A stretch of DNA of 64,000 nt from Bacillota bacterium (GTDB lineage: Bacteria; Bacillota; Dehalobacteriia; UBA4068), in contig JAUNBC010000006.1 of NCBI GenBank assembly GCA_030527285.1, forward strand, positions 1,259-65,258, given 5' to 3'. The stretch's first letter is position 1; each line of letters opens with the position of its first letter. Positions 27,133 through 36,247 of the stretch are shown in pieces. The notes beneath the pieces were generated by a model. The model had not been told where the DNA came from, searched no databases, and saw only the letters and a list, made by a program, of their open reading frames with translations. The position numbers and the translations under genes are program-made.

Positions 27133-27801
27133 TTATTTACCGGCAAATAATTCCTTATAGCGCGTGGAGGTGCCGATGCGCGCGCATCCCGCGCGTATAA
27201 ACTCCTCGATCTCCGCGGCGCTTCTGATACCGCCGGCGGCCTTGATCTTTACGCGCTCGCCGATATGCTTGCTCAGCAGCTTGACGTCGGCCAGCTGCGC
27301 GCCGCCGCTGCCAAAGCCGGTGGAGGTCTTGATATAATCGGCTTCGGCGACGGTAACGATCTCGCAAAGGCGTATCTTCTCCTGCTCGGTCAAATAGCAG
27401 GTCTCGATGATCACCTTGAGTATATTCTCGCCCACGGCCTTTTTCATCACCGCGACCTCCGTCATCACACGCAGTATATTGTCGTTCTTGACGTCGGTGA
27501 GATTGATCATCATGTCGATCTCATCGGCGCCGACCTCCAGCGCATGCTCGGCGGCGGCTACCTTGGCGCCGCAGGTGGCGTAACCGAAGGGGAAGCCGAC
27601 CACGGTGCTGATCGTCAGCCCTGGACAATGGCGGCGCACCCGCGAGATATAGCAGGGCGGTATGCACAGCGAAGCCGCGCCATAGCGCACGGCCTCATCG
27701 GCCATCAGCTCGATCTCCGCCAAAGTGGCCGTAGGCCGCAGCAGCGTATAATCGACATGGGCGAATAATTGCTCTTTATCCAGCGGTTTTTTCGTCGCCA
27801 T
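27133..27801 (-). CDS. deoC: Deoxyribose-phosphate aldolase
   Basis: DYTLL, VVGFPFG, GADEIDMMIN, KVIIET, YIKTSTG, KAAGGIR. Confidence 0.95.
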   Translation of the reverse strand: MATKKPLDKEQLFAHVDYTLLRPTATLAEIELMADEAVRYGAASLCIPPCYISRVRRHCPGLTISTVVGFPFGYATCGAKVAAAEHALEVGADEIDMMINLTDVKNDNILRVMTEVAVMKKAVGENILKVIIETCYLTEQEKIRLCEIVTVAEADYIKTSTGFGSGGAQLADVKLLSKHIGERVKIKAAGGIRSAAEIEEFIRAGCARIGTSTRYKELFAGK

Positions 27802-27883
27802 AATTTCTCCTCCATACTGCCGTCAGTTGATGCGCGGCGAGTAACAGGCTGTGCGCTAATTCTACCATTTTTGTCGCAATGCG

Positions 27884-28837
27884 TCAAACGGCGCGCCCGC
27901 TCTCTACCGCCGCTTCTGCAACCACCGCCGCCTCCGCGATCGCCGCCGCCTCCGCGGGCGCGGGAGCAGGCCGGAGCCCGTCATTGCTGTTTTGCGCCAG
28001 ATATACGCCGCAGCTGACGATGATGATACCGACGATCTCCATGAGCGTGATACGCTCGGAAAAGATCACCAAGCCCATGATCGCCGCCATGGCCGGCTGC
28101 GTCAGTGATAATACCGAGCACAGCGAGGCGCGCAGCTTGCCCAGACAGAAGCTGACCAGCCCGATACCGCCGAATTGACCGAGCGCGATGATGGCAAATA
28201 TCGGCCACAGCGCGGCGAAGGTAGAGGGGAATTGCGGCTGCTCAAAGATAAGCATGCCGGCGCAAAGCGGTATCATGCAGCCGATAGCGCCGACAAACAG
28301 CACGCAGGCGGTGGAAACGCGGTCGCGCAGCTGATAAACGCCGGTCAGATATACGCCGTACAGCAGCGCCGAGATAAAGGCCGCCGCATCGCCGATGAAA
28401 TTGCCGGCGCTGGGCTCCGCCTTGCCGCTGAGCAATATCACCGCGCCGACCAGGGTAACGACGATGCCGAGCAGAAAGACCTTACGCACCTTTTCCTTGA
28501 ACACAAAGAGGGATATCGGCACCACGGCAAAGATATGCATATTGGCGAACAGGTTGGCGTTGGCCTGCGTAGTCATGTTCAGCGACAGATTCCACAGCGC
28601 GATATTGACGCCGAGCATGACGCCGGAGATGATTATCACCAGCATATCCTTGCGCGAGATGCGCTTCAGCTCCCGCCAGACCAGCGGCAGCAAAAAGGGC
28701 AGCGAAAACAGCATGCGGTAAAAGCCGGTGGCGATCGGCCCCAGCTGCGAAAAGCGCACAAAAACGCCACCCAAAGCGAAGCAAAGGACGGCGATCAGAT
28801 ATACGAACATATATTTGAGCTCATTATTTCTTTCCAT
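27884..28837 (-). CDS. DMT/EamA family transporter
   Basis: Ten TM helices in two repeats; GPIATGFYRMLF, GDAAAFISALLYGVY. Confidence 0.85.
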   Translation of the reverse strand: MERNNELKYMFVYLIAVLCFALGGVFVRFSQLGPIATGFYRMLFSLPFLLPLVWRELKRISRKDMLVIIISGVMLGVNIALWNLSLNMTTQANANLFANMHIFAVVPISLFVFKEKVRKVFLLGIVVTLVGAVILLSGKAEPSAGNFIGDAAAFISALLYGVYLTGVYQLRDRVSTACVLFVGAIGCMIPLCAGMLIFEQPQFPSTFAALWPIFAIIALGQFGGIGLVSFCLGKLRASLCSVLSLTQPAMAAIMGLVIFSERITLMEIVGIIIVSCGVYLAQNSNDGLRPAPAPAEAAAIAEAAVVAEAAVESGRAV

Positions 28838-28843
28838 GCGCAT

Positions 28844-28872
28844 ATTATATACTCATTTTGCGCGTTTGACAA
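28844..28872 (-). promoter_or_regulatory. DMT gene promoter (probably leaderless)
   Basis: TTGTCA-N17-TATAAT-N6-ATG(28837). Confidence 0.55.
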
Positions 28873-28877
28873 TATAT

Positions 28878-28906
28878 TTGACAATCGCCTTTGCATCCGC
28901 TATAAT
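28878..28906 (+). promoter_or_regulatory. Consensus sigma-A promoter for the CNNM/CorC gene, giving a leader of about 200 nt
   Basis: TTGACA-N17-TATAAT, perfect match. Confidence 0.8.
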
Positions 28907-29110
28907 AGCCATATCATCCGGCATGAGCCGAACAATGAGAAAGGTACGACAGCAAGAGCATGGAAGACGCCGATTGTAGCGCCGACGAACCTGATTATTA
29001 TTTAATATGCTGATACGGGGGCATGGCTTGTGCGAGTTTCATACACAGGCTGTGTCTTTTTGACTTTTGCACCCTGATCATTGAGCGTTATCCAACAACC
29101 GATTAAGGAT

Positions 29111-30484
29111 GTGACATTTTTGGAAGACCCGCTGTTACGACAATTACTGCTGCTGCTGCTGCTGATCGCCGTCAACGCCTTCTTTGCTGCGGCGGAGATC
29201 GCCTTCATCTCGCTGAACGGCAATAAGCTGCGCAAAGAAGCCGAGGAAGGCGACAAGAAATCGGCGCGCGTCCTGCGTGTGGTGGAAAAGCCCGGCAGCT
29301 TTCTTTCGACGATACAAATAGGCATCACGCTGGCCGGTTTCCTCGCCTCGGCTTTCGCCGCCGATAGCTTCTCCGACCGGCTGGTGGATTGGATGATCGA
29401 GAGAGTCGGCTTTACCCTGCTTTCGCCCGCCGCGCTAGACACGCTGGCGGTGATCGTGATCACGCTGATACTCTCCTATGTGACGCTGGTATTCGGCGAG
29501 CTGGTGCCCAAGCGCATCGCCCTGCTCAAATCGGCCAGGGTCGCCGCGATGGCCGCCTCGGTGATCGGCTTTTTCGCGGTGATCTTCAAGCCGCTGGTCT
29601 GGCTGACCTCCGCCTCCACCGACGGCGTGCTCAAGCTGTTCGGCATCAATCCCGACGCCGAGAGCGAAGCCGTCACCGAGTCGGAGATACGGATGATGGT
29701 CGATATCGGCGAGGAAAAGGGCGCGATCGAACCGCAGGAAGCGGAAATGATCGAAAATATCTTTGAGTTCAACAACCAGACCGCCGGCGACGTGATGATA
29801 CATCGCAAGGATATGAAAGTGCTGTGGCTGGATGATACGCCCGAGGAGATCATCAGCCTGATCGCCGAAAGCGGCCTGTCGCGCTTCCCGGTATGCGGCG
29901 AGGATATCGACGACATAGTCGGCATTATCCGCACCAAGGAATTCCTGCTCAACGCCCATTTAGAGCAGCCCAAGCCGCTGCGCGAGCTGTTGGCGCCCGC
30001 CTATTTCGTGCCGGAGACGGTGATGGCGGATAAGCTGTTCCGCGATATGCAGCAGAAAAAGACGCATCTGGCCATCGTCGTCGACGAATACGGCGGCACC
30101 GCCGGTCTGGTGACGCTGGAGGACCTGTTAGAGGAGATAGTCGGCAATATCTACGACGAATTTGACCCCACCGATACGCTGGAGATCATCCGCCTTGAGG
30201 ACAACCTGTGGCGCGTGGCCGGCGCCGCCGAGATCGACTACGTGGCCGCGGAGCTTCAGATCGAGCTGCCCGAGGATGAGGAATTCGACACCATGAGCGG
30301 GCTGATCATCGCCGCGCTGCAAGAGATCCCCGCCGATGACAGTCATCCCGAGCTGGACGCTTTCGGCCTGCATATACGCGTTGAGCGCATATTAGACCGC
30401 CGCATCGAATGGGCGCTGGTCAGCATTCTGCCGCCCGCGGACGACACGGCGGCCGCCGATAGCACCGGGGACGAGCAGGATTGA
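29111..30484 (+). CDS. Hemolysin-family/CNNM (DUF21-CBS-CorC) transporter
   Basis: [53 protein letters not shown]. Start codon uncertain. Confidence 0.9.
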   Translation: MTFLEDPLLRQLLLLLLLIAVNAFFAAAEIAFISLNGNKLRKEAEEGDKKSARVLRVVEKPGSFLSTIQIGITLAGFLASAFAADSFSDRLVDWMIERVGFTLLSPAALDTLAVIVITLILSYVTLVFGELVPKRIALLKSARVAAMAASVIGFFAVIFKPLVWLTSASTDGVLKLFGINPDAESEAVTESEIRMMVDIGEEKGAIEPQEAEMIENIFEFNNQTAGDVMIHRKDMKVLWLDDTPEEIISLIAESGLSRFPVCGEDIDDIVGIIRTKEFLLNAHLEQPKPLRELLAPAYFVPETVMADKLFRDMQQKKTHLAIVVDEYGGTAGLVTLEDLLEEIVGNIYDEFDPTDTLEIIRLEDNLWRVAGAAEIDYVAAELQIELPEDEEFDTMSGLIIAALQEIPADDSHPELDAFGLHIRVERILDRRIEWALVSILPPADDTAAADSTGDEQD

Positions 30485-30580
30485 CCGCCCCATACGCCTG
30501 TATGTTCGCCGCCGGACAAACGCAGCAGCGGCCGGAGTATTAATCTAATAAGGCCGCCGTTTGCGCGCCATTGACACAAG

Positions 30581-30619
30581 AAAACCACCCTATTAGGCGG
30601 CGCGCCTTAGGGTGGTTTT
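30581..30619. terminator. Terminator whose loop carries the mini-repeat TTAGGCGGCGCGCCTT
   Basis: AAAACCACCCT...AGGGTGGTTTT stem; central 16-mer also at 36047 and 54884. Confidence 0.75.
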
Positions 30620-30849
30620 ATTATGTCATGCTATCGCTGCCTGATCCAATGCGCTGCACTTTCGCTCCGTGATGCCTTGTTTTCGCTGTTGCTGCGCGCT
30701 TTAGGACAATGAAGATAGAAAAGACGGCAGCTATTGCCTGACCGCGTATGTTTTTCACGGTATTGTCTTTTCGGCTTTTCAAAACGCGGCCTGGGCTGTG
30801 CGCCGGCTTTGCTCTTCGGAGCAATACAGCATGCTTAAAATAGGGATGC

Positions 30850-32547
30850 TTAGTCTTTCGGCAGCGGCGCGGGGGGATCCGTGCGGCGAAGGGTCTTAAA
30901 GCCCTCGATCGTCAGATCCAGCGCCAACACGATCAGCAGCACGATGAGCAGGATCTGAAAACCCTGGGTGCCGAAGCTGAAGCCGCCGGCGCTGATGGTC
31001 TGGATATTTTTGTGCAAGGTCAGTATTAGCGCGGAAAGGGTGGCGATCAGCATAAAGGCCATCGGAACATAGAACATCTTGTTGTTTTTACCGCTATTGC
31101 CCAGCCAGGCCGCTGCCGCCAGCAGCGCCAAAGCCGCCAACAGCTGATTGGCGGAGCCAAAGAGCGGCCAGATCCTGGCATAGCCGCCCACGGCCAGCCA
31201 GCCGCCGATGAGGACGGTGATGCCGGTGGCGAAATAAGGGTTGACGCAGAGCTTTTTGATCCCTCGCAGCTCCTCCTTCTTTTGGCCGCCGATGAGGAAA
31301 AACTCTTGGAACATATATCGTGCCAGTCGGGTGGCGGTATCCAGCGAGGTCAGGCAGAAAGCGGAGACGGAGAGGATGATCAGCGCATAAGCCACGTCGT
31401 ATGTCGCTTCGCCCGCTATACCCTGGATCATGGTGGCGATGCCGGCGGCGAAAACCTGGGTGGGGGTGCCGGCGGGCATAGCGCCATCTTGGAACAGCAC
31501 GCCCACGCAGATCAAGGCCACTACCGCCAGCGCGCACTCGATGAGCATCCCGCCGTAACCGATCACCTTGGCGTCCCGCTCATTATCCAACTGCTTGGCG
31601 GTGGTGCCGGAGCCGACCAGCGAGTGAAAGCCGGAAATAGCGCCGCAAGCCACGGTGATAAAGAGCAGGGGGAAAAGCGCATTGTCGCCGCTGAGGCCGC
31701 GAAAGCCGGTGAAAGCGGGCAGCTCCATGGCCGGATGCGTGCCGATGACGCCGGCAAAGGCGGCAAGCATCATCGCATAAAGCAAGAAGCTGCTAAGATA
31801 ATCGCGGGGCTGGAGCAATATCCACACCGGCGTTACCGAAGCGATCGCTATATATACGCAGACAATGATCAGCCAGGCAGTACTGTCCAGATAGAGGGGG
31901 AATTTCAGCCCGAGGATGATGCAGATCACGATGCCGGCAACGCCGATGACGGTGGAGAGCGCCAAAGGCGCTTTGCGGCGATATACCGCAAAGCCGAAGA
32001 TGATCGCCATCAGGATAAAGAGCAGGGAAATGGTCGCGGTGGAGCCGTTGGCCGCCACCCGGGAGCCGTCGTCGGCGACGCCGTCAAAGGTGCCCACCAC
32101 GATGCTGGCAAAGGCCGCCACCACCAGGATCAGGGTCAAATAGGCAAAGCAGAGGAACAGCCTTTTGGCCTTAAGGCCAATGTTTTTCTCAATGATCACG
32201 CCAACGGAGCGGCCCTTGTGACGGATGGAAGCAAGCAGAGAGGAAAAATCCTGCACCGCGCCAAAGAAAATACCGCCGATCAGTATCCAGAGCAATACCG
32301 GTACCCAGCCGAATACCGCCGCCTGAATGGGGCCGTTGATCGGGCCTGCCCCGGCGATCGAGGCAAAATGATGCCCCAGCAAAACCGAAGCCTTAGCCGG
32401 CATATAGTCCATCCCGTCGCTTTGGGTATGGGCGGGAGTGACGCGGCGGGCGTCCACGCCCCATTGTTTGGCCAGCCAGCTGCCGTAGACGACGTAACCG
32501 ATTATCAACACGCCGATGCTGATAAGCAAAATAAGCAATGAGTTCAT
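30850..32547 (-). CDS. cstA: Carbon starvation protein A family transporter
   Basis: TPAH..DGMDY.P, GHHFASIAGAGPINGP, LQPRDYL, ACGAISGFHSL, TSLDTATRL. Confidence 0.93.
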   Translation of the reverse strand: MNSLLILLISIGVLIIGYVVYGSWLAKQWGVDARRVTPAHTQSDGMDYMPAKASVLLGHHFASIAGAGPINGPIQAAVFGWVPVLLWILIGGIFFGAVQDFSSLLASIRHKGRSVGVIIEKNIGLKAKRLFLCFAYLTLILVVAAFASIVVGTFDGVADDGSRVAANGSTATISLLFILMAIIFGFAVYRRKAPLALSTVIGVAGIVICIILGLKFPLYLDSTAWLIIVCVYIAIASVTPVWILLQPRDYLSSFLLYAMMLAAFAGVIGTHPAMELPAFTGFRGLSGDNALFPLLFITVACGAISGFHSLVGSGTTAKQLDNERDAKVIGYGGMLIECALAVVALICVGVLFQDGAMPAGTPTQVFAAGIATMIQGIAGEATYDVAYALIILSVSAFCLTSLDTATRLARYMFQEFFLIGGQKKEELRGIKKLCVNPYFATGITVLIGGWLAVGGYARIWPLFGSANQLLAALALLAAAAWLGNSGKNNKMFYVPMAFMLIATLSALILTLHKNIQTISAGGFSFGTQGFQILLIVLLIVLALDLTIEGFKTLRRTDPPAPLPKD

Positions 32548-32650
32548 AGCCCGTCCTCCTGGAGATAATAGCGGTCGCTAAAATATTAAGAAAAATAGCT
32601 GACTTGAGCGCCGCACATAACAGGGCGCAACGGCGGCAGCCAAACCGCGG

Positions 32651-33196
32651 TCAGCTTTGGCGGCTATCCCTTTGGCCGGACGCGGGTCGCCGGGCGAGCA
32701 GCTTTTCGAGCCCCGCCGCGACCTCTCTCCCCGCCCGGTTGGCATAGGTTCTATTCGCGCTGAGCTCCGCCGCCGCTACCCGAAATTCGCTCCAGCCATA
32801 AAAAGAGAATTTGAAGCTTTTATGATAGCGGATCGTGCGAAGCGCCTTTTTTACCTCGTCGTCAATAGTATCGGCTAATATCACCAATGAAATATAGGAG
32901 CACATATGCTCCGGATGGGGTTTGATGCGCCGCCGTCCCTCATGGAGCGCGGCGTCCGCATATTGCTGCCAGGCCGCCATATCCAGGTGCGTGAATAGAG
33001 CGAAAAAGGTGTATTCATGGTTTTCTGCCGCCCACAGCCGAGCCGATTTAGTGAGCACGTATTTTTCGGCGCGGGAATGGAATTCCGCCGCCGCCGCAAA
33101 AGGCAGCCCTTCGATAAAAAGGGTGCGTTCGATATCAAAATTGGCGGCATAGCTGGCCAAAAGCTGCTCCAGCAGCACGTTCGGGTTTTGTTCCAT
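32651..33196 (-). CDS. Conserved hypothetical protein
   Basis: 181-aa globular ORF with host codon usage; no recognisable motif. Confidence 0.65.
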   Translation of the reverse strand: MEQNPNVLLEQLLASYAANFDIERTLFIEGLPFAAAAEFHSRAEKYVLTKSARLWAAENHEYTFFALFTHLDMAAWQQYADAALHEGRRRIKPHPEHMCSYISLVILADTIDDEVKKALRTIRYHKSFKFSFYGWSEFRVAAAELSANRTYANRAGREVAAGLEKLLARRPASGQRDSRQS

Positions 33197-33272
33197 GGCG
33201 GCAGCCCTTATTCACGGGTCATCATCTGTATGCATGATACCACAGACAAGGGTATTTGAACAAGATGAAACT

Positions 33273-34568
33273 TTAGCATTCCGCCGCCTTGACTAAACTG
33301 TTTCCGGCCAAACCGCGCAAGGTATCCGCGCCCTGCCCTTCGGGCATTCCGATGCGCTGTACTCGCGCGGGAGTGGCAGAATTTTCAGTTTGTCCACTAT
33401 TGACAGATGGGGCGGTTTGTGATAAGGTAGGGTCAAGAAAAGTCTTGCCACTGTTCGTCTCGGGCGTGATAATCGGGGAACTTTCGTTATCCGAAACAGT
33501 GCGCGGACTTTTTTTGTGCGTTATATACAATGTTTGGCCATCGAGTGTATGATGCTTGTCGGAAACATATTGGGTATATACATATTTGTCTCCTACCATT
33601 TTCTCAAAAATAATTACCGGCTTGCCGTCTTGCGTGGTCTTATTCGACAAATAAATATTGTCAGGAGCGTCCGCAACTTTTAATAGCAATAAAATATCTT
33701 CTTCTGTTACCGCTCGTTGCCCTCGCGGCATTTCGGCAGAAGCTTTCCCGTGCGAGTTTCTAATAATTTTTTGTATTTCATGATTGGAAATAGACAAATT
33801 ATAGTTGCGGACATCAACGCCAGTTGACGAGTGGATTTGCGCTGCGAGATCGTTAGATATTTTACCGAGAAACAGCTTTGTTTTATCCGTGTGCCCAATA
33901 GAAGATAGCGCCTCTTGAATAAATATCTTAAAGTCCGAAATTGAGCGCATTATTTTAATTTTGTTGCTGGCTATCTTTGCAGCTTCTTTTGGTGTATATG
34001 GGATTATGTTCTTCGGGTTGGTTTCCCTTCCCGCCTCATTTTCGGCGGTTAAACCGGCTGTTTTTGCGGCTGGCGGGGTGTTTTGCGGCTCGTTCAAGCT
34101 GCCGCCCAGCCGCTTGATAGCCTTTGCCGCCGCTTCCTCGCTTTGCTGCATGCCGACGGGATTATAGATCGCGCTGCCGCCCAAAACATCAATACTGGCG
34201 ATCTCGTCCGCTATCGTGCCAATGTCCGCCGCCTTGACTAAGCTGTTTCCGGCCAAACCGCGCAAGGTATCCGCGCCCTGCCCTTCGGGAACAGGCATAG
34301 AGGAATTGGTTTGCGTCTTTGTCGGCTTATAGGTTTGTCCGCTGATAGGCGAAGGAGCGGATGAAGTTGCTTTCGGCGGCAAGCCGTAATGCGCGCGGAG
34401 AATAGCCTCGATCTGAGCGAGGTCGTCGGTGGGGAGAGAAAAGCGAATATCCTGCTGCTCGGGGTTGAACCGCTGGGATAAGGGGATGATATTGCCGTTG
34501 TCGTCGTAGGTGATAGGGTCGTCAAAATTTTCCTTGCTTTTTTCAGCAGAATAGTCTATAATGGGCAT
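33273..34568 (-). CDS. Fragment of a phage/MGE large polyvalent protein with a PBECR3-like (RelE-fold) nuclease domain
   Basis: DPITYDDNGNIIPLSQRFN..DIRFS linker; HGK..E.PRGQRAVTEEDI..PD.I..FEK..YV; AT-richer than host; no RBS. Confidence 0.6.
   Translation of the reverse strand: MPIIDYSAEKSKENFDDPITYDDNGNIIPLSQRFNPEQQDIRFSLPTDDLAQIEAILRAHYGLPPKATSSAPSPISGQTYKPTKTQTNSSMPVPEGQGADTLRGLAGNSLVKAADIGTIADEIASIDVLGGSAIYNPVGMQQSEEAAAKAIKRLGGSLNEPQNTPPAAKTAGLTAENEAGRETNPKNIIPYTPKEAAKIASNKIKIMRSISDFKIFIQEALSSIGHTDKTKLFLGKISNDLAAQIHSSTGVDVRNYNLSISNHEIQKIIRNSHGKASAEMPRGQRAVTEEDILLLLKVADAPDNIYLSNKTTQDGKPVIIFEKMVGDKYVYTQYVSDKHHTLDGQTLYITHKKSPRTVSDNESSPIITPETNSGKTFLDPTLSQTAPSVNSGQTENSATPARVQRIGMPEGQGADTLRGLAGNSLVKAAEC
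33280..33344. repeat. 65-bp direct repeat, copy 1
   Basis: One mismatch to 34225-34289; 945 bp apart; both encode PEGQGADTLRGLAGNSLVKAA. Confidence 0.9.
34225..34289. repeat. 65-bp direct repeat, copy 2
   Basis: One mismatch to 33280-33344. Confidence 0.9.
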
Positions 34569-34738
34569 AGAAACGTTGCTAAGGAATTTAACCTGCGGAT
34601 TTCTTCCGTATGAGTTAATGATGTCCTTAGTAACGTTGCTCTAACCGGCTGAGTTTACGCCGATATTATAAAAAAGTGTGTACTTTTATGTGTACTCGAT
34701 AGAAAAACCCCGCACATTTTTTGGCGGGGATTTTTCTT

Positions 34739-34923
34739 TTGGTGGAGATGAGGGGTAGCAGGCTTGGGACAAGTTTTGTCCTCGGGTATTACCGCTTATG
34801 TAAGATATACGCTGCTCAGCGCGTGGTTCGCGCAAACATGCCACCGGCATGTTTACGCTCCCATTCGAATCCCCTTCCATAAATCTTACCAATAAAAAAA
34901 CCGCCCAACGGCGGTCTTTTTAT
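34739..34923 (-). mobile_element. 184-bp palindromic mini-element ending in a duplicate of the tRNA-Ala 3' end (att-like)
   Basis: TTGGTGGAGATGAGGGG at 34739-34755 and 34923-34939; internal hairpin GCGTAAACATGCC-ggt-GGCATGTTTGCGC. Confidence 0.65.
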
Positions 34924-34999
34924 TGGTGGAGATGAGGGGATTCGAACCCCTGACCTCCGCGATGCGAACGCGGCGCTCTCCCAACTGAGCCACACCCCC
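34924..34999 (-). tRNA. tRNA-Ala(CGC)
   Basis: 76 nt; acceptor GGGGGTG/CATCTCC with G3:U70; anticodon arm CCGCG-TTCGCAT-CGCGG; TTCGAAT T-loop; encoded CCA. Confidence 0.96.
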
Positions 35000-35119
35000 A
35001 TATTTCCTGAAGCCGAGGTTTATTTTATAATAAGCTTTGGCGTTTGTCAATGCTTTTCCGGCGATCGGCGTTTATTATCGCATATGGCGCGAGTGCGGCG
35101 TTTATGGTAGAATGACAGT

Positions 35120-36028
35120 ATGGCGAGAATCATCCGCAAACGCTATAAACGCCGCCGCCGTTACGGCGCGCGCGCATTATTGCTGCTGATAGCGGCGTTG
35201 CTGTTATGTCTGATATTGCCCTCGACCGGTACGGAGCGCGACGGGCAGCCGTCGCCCGAGCTGGCCGCCGAGCAGACGTTGCAGGTGCATTTCATCGACG
35301 TCGGGCAGGGCGACGCGCAGCTGCTGATCTGCGAGGGGCAGACGCTGCTGCTGGATGGCGGCACGCCCGAAAATGCCGACGGCCTGTCCGCCTACCTGCG
35401 CGAACACGGCGTGCGGCGGCTCGATTATATCGCGGCCAGCCATGCGCATAGCGACCATGTCGGCGGACTGAGCGGGCCGATCGCCGATCTGGAGATCGCG
35501 CAGGCGTTGGCGACGCTCGATCAGCCGGTCAACCCGTCGTTCGAGATTTTCCTCGAGGAATTGCAGCAGCGGCGGATACCCTTGACCGTGATCGGCAGCG
35601 GCGACAGCCTGACGCTGGGCGGAGCCGAGATCAGCGTGCTTGCGCCGGCGGAGGGCGGCGACGGCGGCAACGACTATTCGCTGGTGCTGCGCGTGGTCTA
35701 CGGACAGACGGTGTTCCTGTTCACCGGCGATTGCGAATATCAGGCCGAGCAATGGCTGCTCGACAGCGGCGCGCCCTTATCCGCCGACGTGCTCAAGGTC
35801 GGGCATCATGGCAGCTCCGACGCGAGCGGTTATCGCTTCCTGCGCGAGGTGGCGCCGGAATTTGCGGTGATCAGCTGCGGCAGCGGCAATGACTACGGTC
35901 ATCCGCATGAGCAGCTGCTCAGCCGCCTGCGCGACGCGGAGGTATGCCTGTACCGCACCGATATACATGGGCATATCGTGTTTGTCAGCGACGGCGAGCA
36001 GATCAGCGTCAGCTGCCAATATGATTAG
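35120..36028 (+). CDS. ComEC/Rec2-type MBL-fold metallo-hydrolase
   Basis: VHFIDVGQGDA, SHAHSDHVGG, NDYSLV, LFTGD, LKVGHHGS, YGHPH. Confidence 0.88.
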   Translation: MARIIRKRYKRRRRYGARALLLLIAALLLCLILPSTGTERDGQPSPELAAEQTLQVHFIDVGQGDAQLLICEGQTLLLDGGTPENADGLSAYLREHGVRRLDYIAASHAHSDHVGGLSGPIADLEIAQALATLDQPVNPSFEIFLEELQQRRIPLTVIGSGDSLTLGGAEISVLAPAEGGDGGNDYSLVLRVVYGQTVFLFTGDCEYQAEQWLLDSGAPLSADVLKVGHHGSSDASGYRFLREVAPEFAVISCGSGNDYGHPHEQLLSRLRDAEVCLYRTDIHGHIVFVSDGEQISVSCQYD

Positions 36029-36046
36029 AAAAAAGCCCGCCCTCCC

Positions 36047-36065
36047 TTAGGCGGCGCGCCTTAGG
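36047..36065. repeat. Mini-repeat TTAGGCGGCGCGCCTTAGG between convergent genes
   Basis: 19-bp identity to 30593-30611. Confidence 0.75.
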
Positions 36066-36247
36066 CGGCGCTTGCACGGCTGATAGAAGCGGCGCTTGCG
36101 CGCCATGCTCAGGGCGGCCGGGCGGTCTTATGCTTTAACGCCTATATTAAGGCACAGGGTCAATACAGAAGCAGAGCACACACAACACAGACAAGGCGGC
36201 CAAGCCCTGATATGCTTGACCGCCCTTTGATGATTATGAGAAATGCG

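Noticed and set aside
28907-29110. M-box (ykoK) riboswitch call
   Set aside because: Only AGACGCC matches; the GUUAGGUGAGGCUCC 5' block and GUGCUAAAGCUC 3' block are absent. Kept only as an unknown leader.
30621-30824. 67-aa ORF downstream of cstA
   Set aside because: No RBS, atypical composition, and the region is better explained as structured non-coding sequence.
33200-34923. Intact prophage or genomic island at tRNA-Ala
   Set aside because: No integrase or structural genes, and no att copy at the left edge; the only duplicate is 184 bp from the tRNA.
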